A stretch of DNA of 63,924 nt, filler included, from Octopus bimaculoides (taxonomy: Eukaryota), in the NCBI RefSeq assembly GCF_001194135.2. It is 6 parts of 6 records of this genome, joined end to end, with 100 filler letters (N's around TTAATTAATTAA, not from the genome) between each part and the next. Parts side by side here need not be neighbours in the genome. Positions count along the whole stretch, not along the records: positions 30,773 to 40,639 come from NC_068997.1; positions 40,740 to 46,798 come from NC_068981.1; positions 46,899 to 61,461 come from NC_068995.1; 3 more parts are not named here. One strand, 5' to 3'. Position numbers and translations under genes: made by a program. Every line of letters begins with the position of its first letter. Within the stretch, counting starts at the first letter, position 1. The notes under the pieces are model-generated. The model was not told the DNA's origin. It made no database searches and was given only the letters and a program-made list of their open reading frames with translations. Below, in pieces: positions 37,806 to 50,802 of the stretch.

Positions 37806-38830
37806 CCTTTACTCACTACACATAACTGATATCATTTTATATGCTTCGTATATCTATATCTTACAGACATCTGTGTGTGTGTGTTTATGCACGTGTAGGT
37901 AGGCAGGTACGTCCGAATAAAAGTATACATGTATGTGTGTGTGCATGTGTGTGTGTGTGTGCATGTGTGTGTGTGTGCATGTGTGTGTGTGTATGGATAA
38001 ACATATATGTGTGTCTACGTGTATGTGTGGATATATATGTGTGAGCGTGTAGATAGTTCAACCGGACGTCATTGGCGGCGTGGTTGATGAGGGTTTTCTG
38101 ACCATTAGAGCAATCAATAGTCACGAACTATATAAATGGTCATGACAAGGGATTAAAAGTTACCTTGGTGGAGAGACACCCGAGGCATTACCCATTGTGT
38201 CAAGCTCGGGGCACTGCATTTGATGAGGGACGTTGAATTGTTCTCTGGTTTTGTTTAGAGAATGAATTGGTATGAACCCAGAAAGAAGCCCGCGACGTTA
38301 GAATTTACACGTCATCTATGCAGTCTCTATATATGTATCTATGTATGTATGTATGTATGTATGTATGTATGTAGGTAGGTAGGTAGGTAGGTAGGTAGGT
38401 AGGTAGGTGTGTTTGTATGTATGTACGCATGGATGTATGCATGCATGCATGATGCATGTTTGTATGTATTTATGTCTGTATGTGTGTACGCATGCAANNN
38501 NNNNNNNNNNNNNNNNNNNNNNNNNNNNNNNNNNNNNNNNNNNNNNNNNNNNNNNNNNNNNNNNNNNNNNNNNNNNNNNNNNNNNNNNNNNNNNNNNNNN
38601 NNNNNNNNNNNNNNNNNNNNNNNNNNNNNNNNNNNNNNNNNNNNNNNNNNNNNNNNNNNNNNNNNNNNNNNNNNNNNNNNNNNNNNNNNNNNNNNNNNNN
38701 NNNNNNNNNNNNNNNNNNNNNNNNNNNNNNNNNNNNNNNNNNNNNNNNNNNNNNNNNNNNNNNNNNNNNNNNNNNNNNNNNNNNNNNNNNNNNNNNNNNN
38801 NNNNNNNNNNNNNNNNNNNNNNNNNNNNNN

Positions 38831-39006
38831 GTAATTCAAAGGGTCAGCCTTGTCACACTGCGTCACGCTGAATATCCCCGAGAACTACGTTAAGGGTACA
38901 CGTGTCTGTGGAGTGCTCAGCCACTTGCACGTTAATTTCACGAGCAGGCTGTTCCGTTGATCGGATCAACTGGAATCCTCGACGTCGTAAGCGACGGAGT
39001 GCCAAC
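38831..39006 (+). mobile_element. SINE family C, 3' half
   Basis: Near-identical to 250-415. Confidence 0.9.
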
Positions 39007-39180
39007 ATGTAAGTATGTATGCATGTATGTATGTATGTATGTATGTATGCATGTATTGTTGGTGTCGTATGTGATCCGTATATCTGAATAACTATTTCTT
39101 CTTTCCTTCCTCTCTCTCTCCCTCTTAATATATGAGCGTGAGAGTCCATCATATATATATATATATATGTGTGTGTAGAG

Positions 39181-39227
<47 letters not shown>

Positions 39228-39228
<1 letters not shown>

Positions 39229-39393
39229 GCAGGCGTGGCTGTGTGGTAAAAAGCTTGCCTTCCGACCTCATGGTTTCGAGTCCAGTCCAATATGTGGCGA
39301 GTGGCATCTTAGGCAATGTCTTCTACCATAGCCTCAGGCCGACCAAAGCCTTCTTAATGCATTTGGTTAACCAAAACTGAAAGAAGTTCATCG

Positions 39394-39395
<2 letters not shown>
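39228..39395 (+). mobile_element. SINE family A, 5' half followed by long (AC)n
   Basis: GCAGGCGTGGCTGTGTGGTAAAAAGCTTGCC...AACTGAAAGAAG. Confidence 0.85.
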
Positions 39396-39475
<80 letters not shown>

Positions 39476-39545
39476 CACACACACGCGCACACACACACGC
39501 ACATGTATGTGTGTGTGTATGCACGTATGTATGTATGTATGTATG

Positions 39546-39578
<33 letters not shown>

Positions 39579-39959
39579 CTGTATAAAAACCATAAACAAC
39601 AAGCAATCTTAAGCAATCTTTAGATGGTTCAGTGTCATGTTATCTAGTCCCTTGTAGTTGTTTTATTATTTAACCCCCAGTTTAGCCATCCGTGAGCAGA
39701 GCCATGATCGGTAACGTCCCTGCCGTGATCGTCCCATTTATTTGTTTTTCTAAATATAGTAAAGTGCATTGAGATACAATATTCAAAATGTCGATCGTCT
39801 TCTGATATTCAAATGTGATTTGGGAGCAAATATCTGTTTCTTATATCGAACTGATCATGTAACTAAACAGAAGCTGCACGGCAAATTTTCTGTCATTTTG
39901 TGTTAGCTGGTAAAATAAAGATAAGGGTTCAGTCCTTGACCAAGCCCCGTGCTTCCAAA

Positions 39960-40560
39960 TTTTCACTTTTTCCCTTCTCTCTTCTCCTCCTGTTGACTTT
40001 CACCCTCTTCCAGACCTTCCTTCTATCCATTTCCTTAATTTTTCCTTCTCTTCTTCCAAATCTCTCTTCTTTTTTATTTTCTCTTCCTCCATCTTTCTTT
40101 CTCCCTCTTTCAGCTTTAATCTTTCTACAAATCTTTCTTACTTTTTCTCCCTCTCTGCCTTTTTCTCTTTTCCTTCTCTCTCTCTCTCTCTTTCTCTTTC
40201 TCTCCCCCTCCCCTCCCTCTCTCTCACTGTTTCTCTCAATGTGTCTTTTTCTCCTTCTCTCACCCGCTCTCTCTTTTTCTCTCTCTCCTTCCCTCTTTCT
40301 TTTTCTTACTATATTTCTCTCTTCCCCTTCATCCCTTTCTCTCCCTCTATCTCTTCCTTTCTCTCTCTCCATCTCATTCTGTCTGACTCACTTTTTCTCT
40401 TTCTCTTTCTGTCTTTCTTTTTGCCTTCGCCTCTCCCTCACTTTTTTCTTGTTTCCCCTGTTATTTCTCTCTCTCCCCTTCATCCTAATCTCTCCCTCTA
40501 TCTCTTCCTCTTTCCTTCTCTCTCTCTCTCTCATACTTCCTGTCTATTTGTCTGTCTACA

Positions 40561-40598
<38 letters not shown>

Positions 40599-40600
40599 CC

Positions 40601-40639
<39 letters not shown>
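39960..40639. repeat. CT-rich polypyrimidine tract
   Basis: Direct reading. Confidence 0.9.
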
Positions 40640-40683
40640 NNNNNNNNNNNNNNNNNNNNNNNNNNNNNNNNNNNNNNNNNNNN

Positions 40684-40695
40684 TTAATTAATTAA
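40684..40695. other. Artificial scaffold linker
   Basis: TTAATTAATTAA between N runs. Confidence 0.9.
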
Positions 40696-40739
40696 NNNNN
40701 NNNNNNNNNNNNNNNNNNNNNNNNNNNNNNNNNNNNNNN

Positions 40740-40777
<38 letters not shown>

Positions 40778-41820
40778 GCCTTTGCACAGCTTCTAACGCT
40801 GGAAATGTACTACGGTGTCAGCTGTTCACTATTAGAGACCTAGGGTAACACCTCTTATTTTTCGAGCACCTTCCGGAGTATTCGAGCGGTTCCAAGCAGT
40901 GCTGTTTTCTGCAAATGCTCCAGCCTTATTGCAGTCCCTATTTGTTCCATGCACTTCTCAAGATTTTTACTCACTGTTCCCAGGTCTCCGACAATTATTG
41001 GTACTACTGCTACCTTTTTCATCGACTACAAGTGCTTAACTTCCCAAGCTATCGAGTCAGATCTATCGAATTTTCTTTCTTCCTTATCGCATACATTGTT
41101 GTCAGCTAGGCATGCTATATCTATGACCCAGCATAGTTCGCTTTCTTTCTCAATTAACACTATGTCTAGCTTCCTATTTTCTATCTCATGGTCGCACTGA
41201 ATCATAGAATCCCATAGGATCTTTGCATTATCATTTTCGATGATGCCTATCAACTTTTTTCTCTGTCAAGTCCATACTTGTTGCAAAGTGTCCAATGGAC
41301 AAGCCTGGCTATATTGTCGTGGCGTCTCTTATATTCCTTTTGGGCTAGTGGCGTACATTGGCTGGTAATATGCCATACGGTTTCACTATTTTGTCCACAA
41401 ATTCTGCACTTATCACTTTCTGATGTGTTATCTATTCTGTATTTTATGTAGTTTGTTCTTAGTGCTTGCTCTTGGGCAGCACATATTAGAGCCCTCCATT
41501 TCCGGTTTTAAATCACTTTTAGTCATCCGCAGCCATCTTTTTTCTTTGTCTGTCATATCTTCAACATCCCTATGAAATTGTCCATGCATTCTTTTCTTTA
41601 CTCACCTATTTTTAGATTCATTAGTTTTCAATTGCTTGTACAGTGCTTTATCTTTGCAATCTTTCATCCTACACAAGCCTGACCTTCTTACTTCTAATAA
41701 TAGCGGTTCTGTGGCATTTTTTACATACCATGCTATGTTGTTTTATTCTGCTCTAATGCTGTGTTCGCATCCAATAAGTCCTCTTCCCCCCTCTTTTTCT
41801 TGGTACATACAGTCTGGGAA
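40740..41820 (-). mobile_element. R4/Dong-type LINE, 5'-truncated, C-terminal CCHC and RLE endonuclease region with (AAT)n tail
   Basis: Minus strand RLYVPRKRGGRGLIGCEH, KRMHGQFHRD, AAQEQALRTNYIK, CRICGQNSETVWHITSQC, RRHDNIARLVHW, KILWDSMIQCDHEIENRKLDIV, VPIIVG, EHLQKTALLGTARILRKVLEK* (stop at 40855-40857). Confidence 0.92.
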
Positions 41821-42819
41821 GATGGTGAAGATGTTTGAAGGTTTACATTATATACTATGTCGACTTGTAAGTCGGAAAATACAGTAAGGTAGATAATCGT
41901 TCAATTGTAATGGTAATTCCTCAGTATGGTTATAACTTAAAGGCAGGAACTAGTAAAAGAATAAAGAGCCTATATAATACACTAACAAGAACCGAAATCA
42001 GTATTTTTACTAATGTGGAAGATGAGAGCTGAGCCGGTAGTACAAACATAAAAAGAAATGGCACTAAAATGTCGATAACCGTGAGAAGATACACTAAGGA
42101 TGGATATAGTCGAAATACGATGCTATTAAAGGTCACAATCTTGTTAGTAAGGGAGATAATCGACGAAAGTCCTCACTAATAAAACTCTTTATTACATTAG
42201 TAACATAAATGGTTAATAGGAACAGATTTGGAAAGTAATATTACTTCTGATGTAGCTTCAATCGATAATAGGTGGTACTAGATCGCTCTAAATTTGATCA
42301 CCTCCTAATAATTCACTACATTAACGGATTTTTTCTCAATTTCCTTTTAATTGGAACATTTTATTCATGGTGATCTTATATTTTTATTATATAAGTGTGT
42401 CTTTTCGAAACTTCTTTTTATTTTATATTTACTCTCTTTATTATTTTTCCTATAATGGATCGCCATTAGACTAGCGTATCCACTAGAGTATAGTTGCATA
42501 CAAGCACTCACTTACATATATACATACATACATACATACATACATACATGTATACATACATACATACATACATACATACATACATACATACATGTATACA
42601 TTCATACATACATACATACATAAATACATTCACGTATTCATACATACAAGCAAACACGCATATATACATACACATGTAAGCGAGATTGCCCATGTGTGTG
42701 TAGACACACACACATATGGTTGTATACGGGTGTATAGGTGTGTGTTGCAAATATGCGTGCATTTATGTATATTTGTGGGATGTATATATGTATTTGTACA
42801 CATTTATATGGATATGCAT

Positions 42820-42868
<49 letters not shown>

Positions 42869-42880
42869 TACATATATACA

Positions 42881-42913
<33 letters not shown>

Positions 42914-43404
42914 ATATGTATGAATGTATGCTTGTGTGTATATATATATATACATATATATATACGTACATTCATGTACATTCTTGTATATTTACGCATA
43001 TACATATACACACACATATCCACACACATAGAATCACATGCACACACACATACACACACAAACACACGCACACACACATATCTGTCTATATGTGACTATA
43101 TATGTATGTGTGTGAATATGTGTGAGAGAGAGAGAGAGAGACGACGCGCTTGTGTGTTTAGTTGTGTCTATGGTTTCATAAATATTTAGGGTGCATATAT
43201 AAAATATTTATATATAAAACACTAATTCCAATAGCGTTTCGTCTGGAAATTAGATTAAAATTATTGCAAAGAAATACGATTTACGTGTGTGTGTATGTGT
43301 GTGTGTGCGTGTGCGTGTATGTGTGTTTGAGAAGGGCCAGAGTGTATATCTATGTGTGTTTGAGAAGGGACAGAGTGTATATCTATTGCGAACTTGATTA
43401 TACC

Positions 43405-43590
43405 AGGTATGCCTGTGTGGTAAGAAGCTGCCTTCCCAATCAAATGGTTTCAGGTTCAGTCCCACTCTATGGCACCTTGGGGAAATGTTTTCTCCTATAG
43501 CCCCCGACCGATCAAATCCTATGTGAGTGGATTTGTAGGCAAAAACTGAAAGAGATTCATTATATGTGTGTCTTTATGTTTGTATTTGTT
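43405..43590 (+). mobile_element. SINE family A, 5' half
   Basis: CCTGTGTGGTAAGAAGCTG...GGCACCTTGGGGAAATG...AAAACTGAAAGA. Confidence 0.8.
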
Positions 43591-43604
43591 CTAGTTTACA
43601 GTCT

Positions 43605-43985
<381 letters not shown>

Positions 43986-44354
43986 AGTATATATATATAT
44001 ATATATATATNNNNNNNNNNNNNNNNNNNNNNNNNNNNNNNNNNNNNNNNNNNNNNNNNNNNNNNNNNNNNNNNNNNNNNNNNNNNNNNNNNNNNNNNNN
44101 NNNNNNNNNNNNNNNNNNNNNNNNNNNNNNNNNNNNNNNNNNNNNNNNNNNNNNNNNNNNNNNNNNNNNNNNNNNNNNNNNNNNNNNNNNNNNNNNNNNN
44201 NNNNNNNNNNNNNNNNNNNNNNNNNNNNNNNNNNNNNNNNNNNNNNNNNNNNNNNNNNNNNNNNNNNNNNNNNNNNNNNNNNNNNNNNNNNNNNNNNNNN
44301 NNNNNNAAACAACGAGAAAAAATGTTACTCGAGTAAATTTATATTCTTTCCTAC

Positions 44355-44700
44355 TCTAGGTACAATCCCCGAAATTTCTTTTTTTGGGGGTGGGGCAGTC
44401 GATTAGATCAACTCCAGTACGCACATGGTACTTAATTTATCGACGCCGAAAGGATGAAAGGCAAAGTCGTCTTCGGTGGAATTTGAACTCAGAACATAGT
44501 GGTAGACGAAATACCGCTAAGCATTTTGCCCGGCGTCCTAACGTTTCTTATTTCTTTACTGCCCACAAGTGGCTACACACAGAACTCAGAACGTAAAGTC
44601 AGACGAAATACCGCTAAGCATTTCGCCCGGCGTGCTAACGTTTCTGCCAGCTCGCTGCCTTCAGCGTCCTAACGTTTCTGTCAGCTCGTCGCCTTTAAGG
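44355..44700 (-). mobile_element. SINE family B dimer with duplicated head and internal deletion
   Basis: Two AATACCGCTAAGCATTT segments and two CTAACGTTTCTG(C/T)CAGCTCG heads. Confidence 0.85.
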
Positions 44701-46159
44701 TAAATTTGTATTAAAAGCAGAAAAGAATACTTTGAGAAGTTTATCATTAAAAAAAAGAATGAAATATATATGTTTATCTGAAATATATTACCATTGCTGC
44801 TGTGACTACCACCACCATGATATTTCTCATACCACTAATAACCGTTCTTTGACATTAATATTGCCAGTAAGGAACTACCATTCGTGCTACAAGAAGAAAC
44901 CACAGACCACTGCTACTGGTACCGTTACTACTACTATCATAATCCAGTAGCTATCAGAGGGAGACCAACAACCACTACCATAGTGAATTTTGCAAGAAAA
45001 ACATATGAACGTTCAAACTGTAGACATAAAAAATATTCTAATTCAATTTATTTAACATTTTTCTTATAGCGCGACTAAATCGCCTTAAACAATTGAAACC
45101 AGTAGCATATGTATTTTGATAAGTGTAAATATTATTCTTCCATTTTTCATGATAGATACATTGATATAGAGACAGATTTAGAAGAAAGACGAAAAATAGA
45201 TAGATTTTTGTTCTTAATTTGTTCCTTAAAAAAAAAAATACCAACAGAGGAAGGTTATTTTCCGCCATTCATGAACCGGAGACTTACACCGATATTCACT
45301 CGCTCATAAAGGAACACATACATGTCAATAGAAAAAAAACAGATATTATCATTTTAATCTGCANNNNNNNNNNNNNNNNNNNNNNNNNNNNNNNNNNNNN
45401 NNNNNNNNNNNNNNNNNNNNNNNNNNNNNNNNNNNNNNNNNNNNNNNNNNNNNNNNNNNNNNNNNNNNNNNNNNNNNNNNNNNNNNNNNNNNNNNNNNNN
45501 NNNNNNNNNNNNNNNNNNNNNNNNNNNNNNNNNNNNNNNNNNNNNNNNNNNNNNNNNNNNNNNNNNNNNNNNNNNNNNNNNNNNNNNNNNNNNNNNNNNN
45601 NNNNNNNNNNNNNNNNNNNNNNNNNNNNNNNNNNNNNNNNNNNNNNNNNNNNNNNNNNNNNNNNNNNNNNNNNNNNNNNNNNNNNNNNNNNNNNNNNNNN
45701 NNNNNNNNNNNNNNNNNNNNNNNNNNNNNNNNNNNNNNNNNNNNNNNNNNNNNNNNNNNNNNNNNNNNNNNNNNNNNNNNNNNNNNNNNNNNNNNNNNNN
45801 NNNNNNNNNNNNNNNNNNNNNNNNNNNNNNNNNNNNNNNNNNNNNNNNNNNNNNNNNNNNNNNNNNNNNNNNNNNNNNNNNNNNNNNNNNNNNNNNNNNN
45901 NNNNNNNNNNNNNNNNNNNNNNNNNNNNNNNNNNNNNNNNNNNNNNNNNNNNNNNNNNNNNNNNNNNNNNNNNNNNNNNNNNNNNNNNNNNNNNNNNNNN
46001 NNNNNNNNNNNNNNNNNNNNNNNNNNNNNNNNNNNNNNNNNNNNNNNNNNNNNNNNNNNNNNNNNNNNNNNNNNNNNNNNNNNNNNNNNNNNNNNNNNNN
46101 NNNNNNNNNNNNNNNNNNNNNNNNNNNNNNNNNNNNNNNNNNNNNNNNNNNNNNNNNNN

Positions 46160-46203
<44 letters not shown>

Positions 46204-46842
46204 AGATGATTTTGAAGCACGTCCTGTATCTCACTGAGTAGTTAAAGAAGTTCCCATTTGTTGATAAGTCACAGTGTTACACACACACACGCAAACACAT
46301 ACACACACACGCACACACACGCAAACACATACACACACACGCACACACACGCATACTGGAACACATACTCACAAACACATGTATATATGTCTTTATGTCT
46401 TGCAATATAGTTGAAGAAACATTTAATTAACGTGCTGTTAAGACGTCGAATGATTGAAATTTCCGACGCCGAAATCCCTTATAAAAAATGACTAGATAAC
46501 GGTGTTTCCAATGCTTCAAAAAAAAATTTTTTAACATTTCCTGACACATTATACTAAAGTTATAGCTTTGCACTATATCAGAATGTATATCAACAAGACG
46601 CTATCACATCGTCAGGTTGTCACGTCGTCACGTCGTCACATCGTCACAGCGTTTCAGTGTCATCATAAGACAGGTTGATTTGTATCACAAATATTCTCTC
46701 TGCACAAACTCAAATGGCAAACATTCATACATGTACACATTCCCACATAATATATTATATATAAGTATATAGACATATATATGCATGCATATATATATNN
46801 NNNNNNNNNNNNNNNNNNNNNNNNNNNNNNNNNNNNNNNNNN

Positions 46843-46854
46843 TTAATTAATTAA
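46843..46854. other. Artificial scaffold linker
   Basis: TTAATTAATTAA between N runs. Confidence 0.9.
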
Positions 46855-46899
46855 NNNNNNNNNNNNNNNNNNNNNNNNNNNNNNNNNNNNNNNNNNNNT

Positions 46900-47006
46900 T
46901 AGTGCTCAGCCATTTGCACGTTAATTTCACGAGCAGGCTGTTCCGTTGATCGGATCAACTGGAACCCTCGACGTCGTAAGCAACGGAGTGCCAACAACAA
47001 CAACAA
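46900..47006 (+). mobile_element. SINE family C 3' end with (CAA)n tail
   Basis: Matches 323-415. Confidence 0.9.
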
Positions 47007-47214
47007 CGGAAGAGGTACCTGTGGATCCTACCATCACGACCCTTCGGGAATAGTTGGCAGTAAAAATGGATAGATGGATCGATCGATCGGTCGATGGATG
47101 TTGAATTTGATAGCAAATATCTGCTGTTGTGCTATAAGATAATATCCTTATAACCCTTTCCTGTGTCCTGAACCATAAATATGGAAACACTGAAGGATTA
47201 TATGAATTTAATAG

Positions 47215-47350
47215 GCGTAGGAGTGGCTGTGTGGTAAGTAGCTTGCATACGAATCCCATGGTTCCGGGTTCAGTCCCACTGCAAGGCATCTTGAGCAAGT
47301 GTCTTCTACTATAGCCTTGGGCCGAACAAAGGTTTGTGAGTGGATTTGGC
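47215..47350 (+). mobile_element. SINE family A, 5' part
   Basis: GGCGTAGGAGTGGCTGTGTGGTAAGTAGCTTGC...GTGAGTGGATTTGG. Confidence 0.9.
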
Positions 47351-47374
47351 ACACTAAACGGTACACTGGTATGT

Positions 47375-47530
47375 CTCAGAGTTAACTTGATGAGACCTAT
47401 TTACAAATGAATGAACATAAACTGAGGTGTTTTTGCGCCAAAACACAACGCAACGCCCGGTCTTGGAGTCGAAACCACGACCTTACGACCTTGAGCGCCA
47501 CACACTGACCACTAGGCCACTCACTTTCAC
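47375..47530 (-). mobile_element. tRNA-derived SINE head (family C/D-like)
   Basis: Minus strand GTGGCCTAGTGGTCAG...GGTTTCGACTCC (A and B boxes), followed by GCGTTGTGTTTTTGGCGCAAAAACAC. Confidence 0.7.
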
Positions 47531-48595
47531 TCGTCTACTTTCAATATTATTTTTGTTAGCTGGAATTTTTATAACTCTTATATTTAGTATTTACATTAAA
47601 ATGTAAACCTTTTGTTTTACCAAAAGAATGAGTTCATCATTTATTTTTATTTTTGCTGGACATAACAAAAGAATGTCTGAAGTAAGTTGTAATCAAACAA
47701 TACCATTCTTACCTCAAGTCGATCTATTATTGATTTGATCAATGTCTTATTTCAGACAATCAAACTATAGTCAATAGATTCTCACAGCTGTTACTCAATA
47801 TTTTTTTCTCTTCTCGTCACGACTTTCTACGCCAAGATTACGTTAAGGAAATAAGGTTTGGTCTTTTTATTTCAAGGTTTATTTTATATAGTTATATAAA
47901 CTTATGTTTTCGTAGGCTTATATAACTAAATATTTATTTCTTCATTGCACACAAAGGGCTATATAACTAAATATTGAATGAGGAGTACGTAAAATTTAAC
48001 TCAAAGTTACTGTTGTTGTGCTGAAAAATAATGTCCGTACATTGGAGTAAAGATTGTTTGCCANNNNNNNNNNNNNNNNNNNNNNNNNNNNNNNNNNNNN
48101 NNNNNNNNNNNNNNNNNNNNNNNNNNNNNNNNNNNNNNNNNNNNNNNNNNNNNNNNNNNNNNNNNNNNNNNNNNNNNNNNNNNNNNNNNNNNNNNNNNNN
48201 NNNNNNNNNNNNNNNNNNNNNNNNNNNNNNNNNNNNNNNNNNNNNNNNNNNNNNNNNNNNNNNNNNNNNNNNNNNNNNNNNNNNNNNNNNNNNNNNNNNN
48301 NNNNNNNNNNNNNNNNNNNNNNNNNNNNNNNNNNNNNNNNNNNNNNNNNNNNNNNNNNNNNNNNNNNNNNNNNNNNNNNNNNNNNNNNNNNNNNNNNNNN
48401 NNNNNNNNNNNNNNNNNNNNNNNNNNNNNNNNNNNNNNNNNNNNNNNNNNNNNNNNNNNNNNNNNNNNNNNNNNNNNNNNNNNNNNNNNNNNNNNNNNNN
48501 NNNNNNNNNNNNNNNNNNNNNNNNNNNNNNNNNNNNNNNNNNNNNNNNNNNNNNNNNNNNNNNNNNNNNNNNNNNNNNNNNNNNNNNNNNNNNNN

Positions 48596-48962
48596 TCTGA
48601 GTTCAAATTCCGCTGAGGTCGACTTTGCCTTTCATCCTTTCGGGGTCGATAAATTAAGTACCAATTACGCACTGGGGTCGATGTAATCGACTTAATCCCT
48701 TTGTCTGTCCTTGTTTGTCCCCTCTATGTTTAGCCCCTTGTGGGCAATAAAGAAATAAGAAACGTTAACACGCCGGGCAAAATGCTTGGCGGTATTTCGT
48801 CTGCCGTTACGTTCTGAGTTCAAATTCCGCCGAGGTCGACTTTGCCTTTCCTCCTTTCGGGGTTAATGAATTAAGTACGAGTTGCGTGCTGAGGTCGATC
48901 TAATCGACTGCCCCTCCCCCCTCAAAAACATTTCGACCCTTGTGCCGAGAATAGAAAAGAAT
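48596..48962 (+). mobile_element. SINE family B dimer
   Basis: Long-tail copy joined at AAAGAAATAAG|AAACGTTAACACGCC to a short-tail copy. Confidence 0.9.
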
Positions 48963-50402
48963 ATATATCGGGTGCAGATTGCATCGATAACTAGCTGGAG
49001 GAGGCTCTTCCTACGGTTAAAAACTTAGTAACGTCGGTTCCTACGAAACAGCCATAATGAAGTGGCGATAAACATTATTTCTCTACTTTCATCTCTTACA
49101 GAGATTTTCTAATTAGCTACTTTGCTTAAATTAAAACCTTTCATTAAAATTTCATGTAAATTTCTTTCACAAATACCAGCTTTATTATGACAAGATATTT
49201 TACTAAAGCCTTTGTTATTATTTAAGATTAACTGAAACAAAAGCAGTTGGTAAAAATCTGAAGGAGATTTGGCTGCTATTTCTACCACACTAAACGACTA
49301 CATAGAGGCGTCTTCGTTGTTGTAGTTGTTGTCGTGGTGATGGTGGTGGTAATGGCCGTCATCGTCGTCGTCCTTGTCGTCGTCCTTGTCGTCGTCGTCG
49401 TCAACGTCTATCTTTCTGTTATTATTATTTTTTGCTAAATTTGAGGATCAATCGTTTCTTTGCGATGCGCAGCCATTAGTCTTCAGTCATCTGAAACTAA
49501 TTTTCTTTTTTAGATCCCAATTTTCCATGTTGATTTTCATAATACAGAGACATTGATCTGTTATCAGGAGGCCTTCAGTCTCGGTCAATAAACTCGATCT
49601 TCAGGGCTAACAGTTCGATTCTGATTCTTTTAACGCCGAAAGTCTACGCAAATGTTTTTCATTTATCATATTATTCAAGTATTTACGTATATATATATAG
49701 AGAGAGAGAGAGATAGATAGATATATATATATATAGTGTTTTCCTCTAAGGATGCAATTCTTCAAAAAATGGCTCGTTCTCCATCGCCAGCGTCTTTGTT
49801 TTGTTTCTTAACCTCCTTGAAGACGGTGATAATTCCTTATAGTTTTATTTTATATTTTCCTCGTCTCGCTTTCTTTTTAACTATTTCTATTAATCTAATG
49901 TTATTTGTACTATAGTATCTGTTTTTTTAGTGAATTTTCTAATTATACAAATCCTCGCCCGCCATTTTGCTTCTGATAGATACAACCGCTCGGTGTCAGG
50001 TTTTTTTTTGGCAACACTGTTTTCTAAATATAGTCATTAATTTTCTTGTTTTTCTTTCTAGCTTCCTCAGTCCGTCCGTCTTCCAATTTATTACATAATA
50101 ACTTAACTATTGCTTATTCATGGAATGGCTTCACAATCATTGTCTATTATTGCATTCTTAGAATTTATTTCTGGCCTGAGTATTAACCCAAAGCAACGTC
50201 GAGAAAATTTGTTTTTAATACCAGGACCGAACTGCAAGTACACAAGAATGGGTGATACATCTGTCCTGAGAAAATTAAATAGATTTTTATTTTATTTTAT
50301 TTTATTTTATTTTATTTTATTTTATTTTATAGTTCCACTCGGCTATAGTGTTCTGTATTATCTCACCGTAATTTAACTTCCTATCTACCTATGTATATTA
50401 TA

Positions 50403-50802
50403 CAGGCGTGGGTATGTGGTAAGAAGCTTGCTTCCCAACCACGTGGTTCCGGTTCAGTCTTATTGCGTGTCACCTTGGACAAGTGTCTTCTGCTATAGCC
50501 TCGGGCCGACCAAAACCCCGTGAGTGGATTTGGTAGACAGAAACTGAAAGAAGCCCGTCGTATATATATATGTATATATCTATGTGTGTCGTTGTGTCTG
50601 TGTTTGTCCCCATCACCGCTTGACAACGGCTGTTGGTGTGTTTACGTCCCCGTAACTTAGCGATTCAGTAAAAGAATAACTGCTAAGCTTTAGAAATAAT
50701 TTCTAGAGTTGATTTGTTCGACTAAAACTCCTCAATGCAGTACTCCAGCATGACCGCAGTCAAATGACTGAAACAAGTAAAAGAATAAAAGAATAAAAGA
50801 GT
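50403..50802 (+). mobile_element. SINE family A, full length, (AAAAGAAT)n tail
   Basis: Head, internal (TA)/(TG) tract, body and tail all present. Confidence 0.92.

Noticed and set aside
46600-46650. 8-bp tandem (TCACGTCG)n resembling clustered CRE/E-box half sites
   Set aside because: Best explained as a small minisatellite; there is no evidence of regulatory function.
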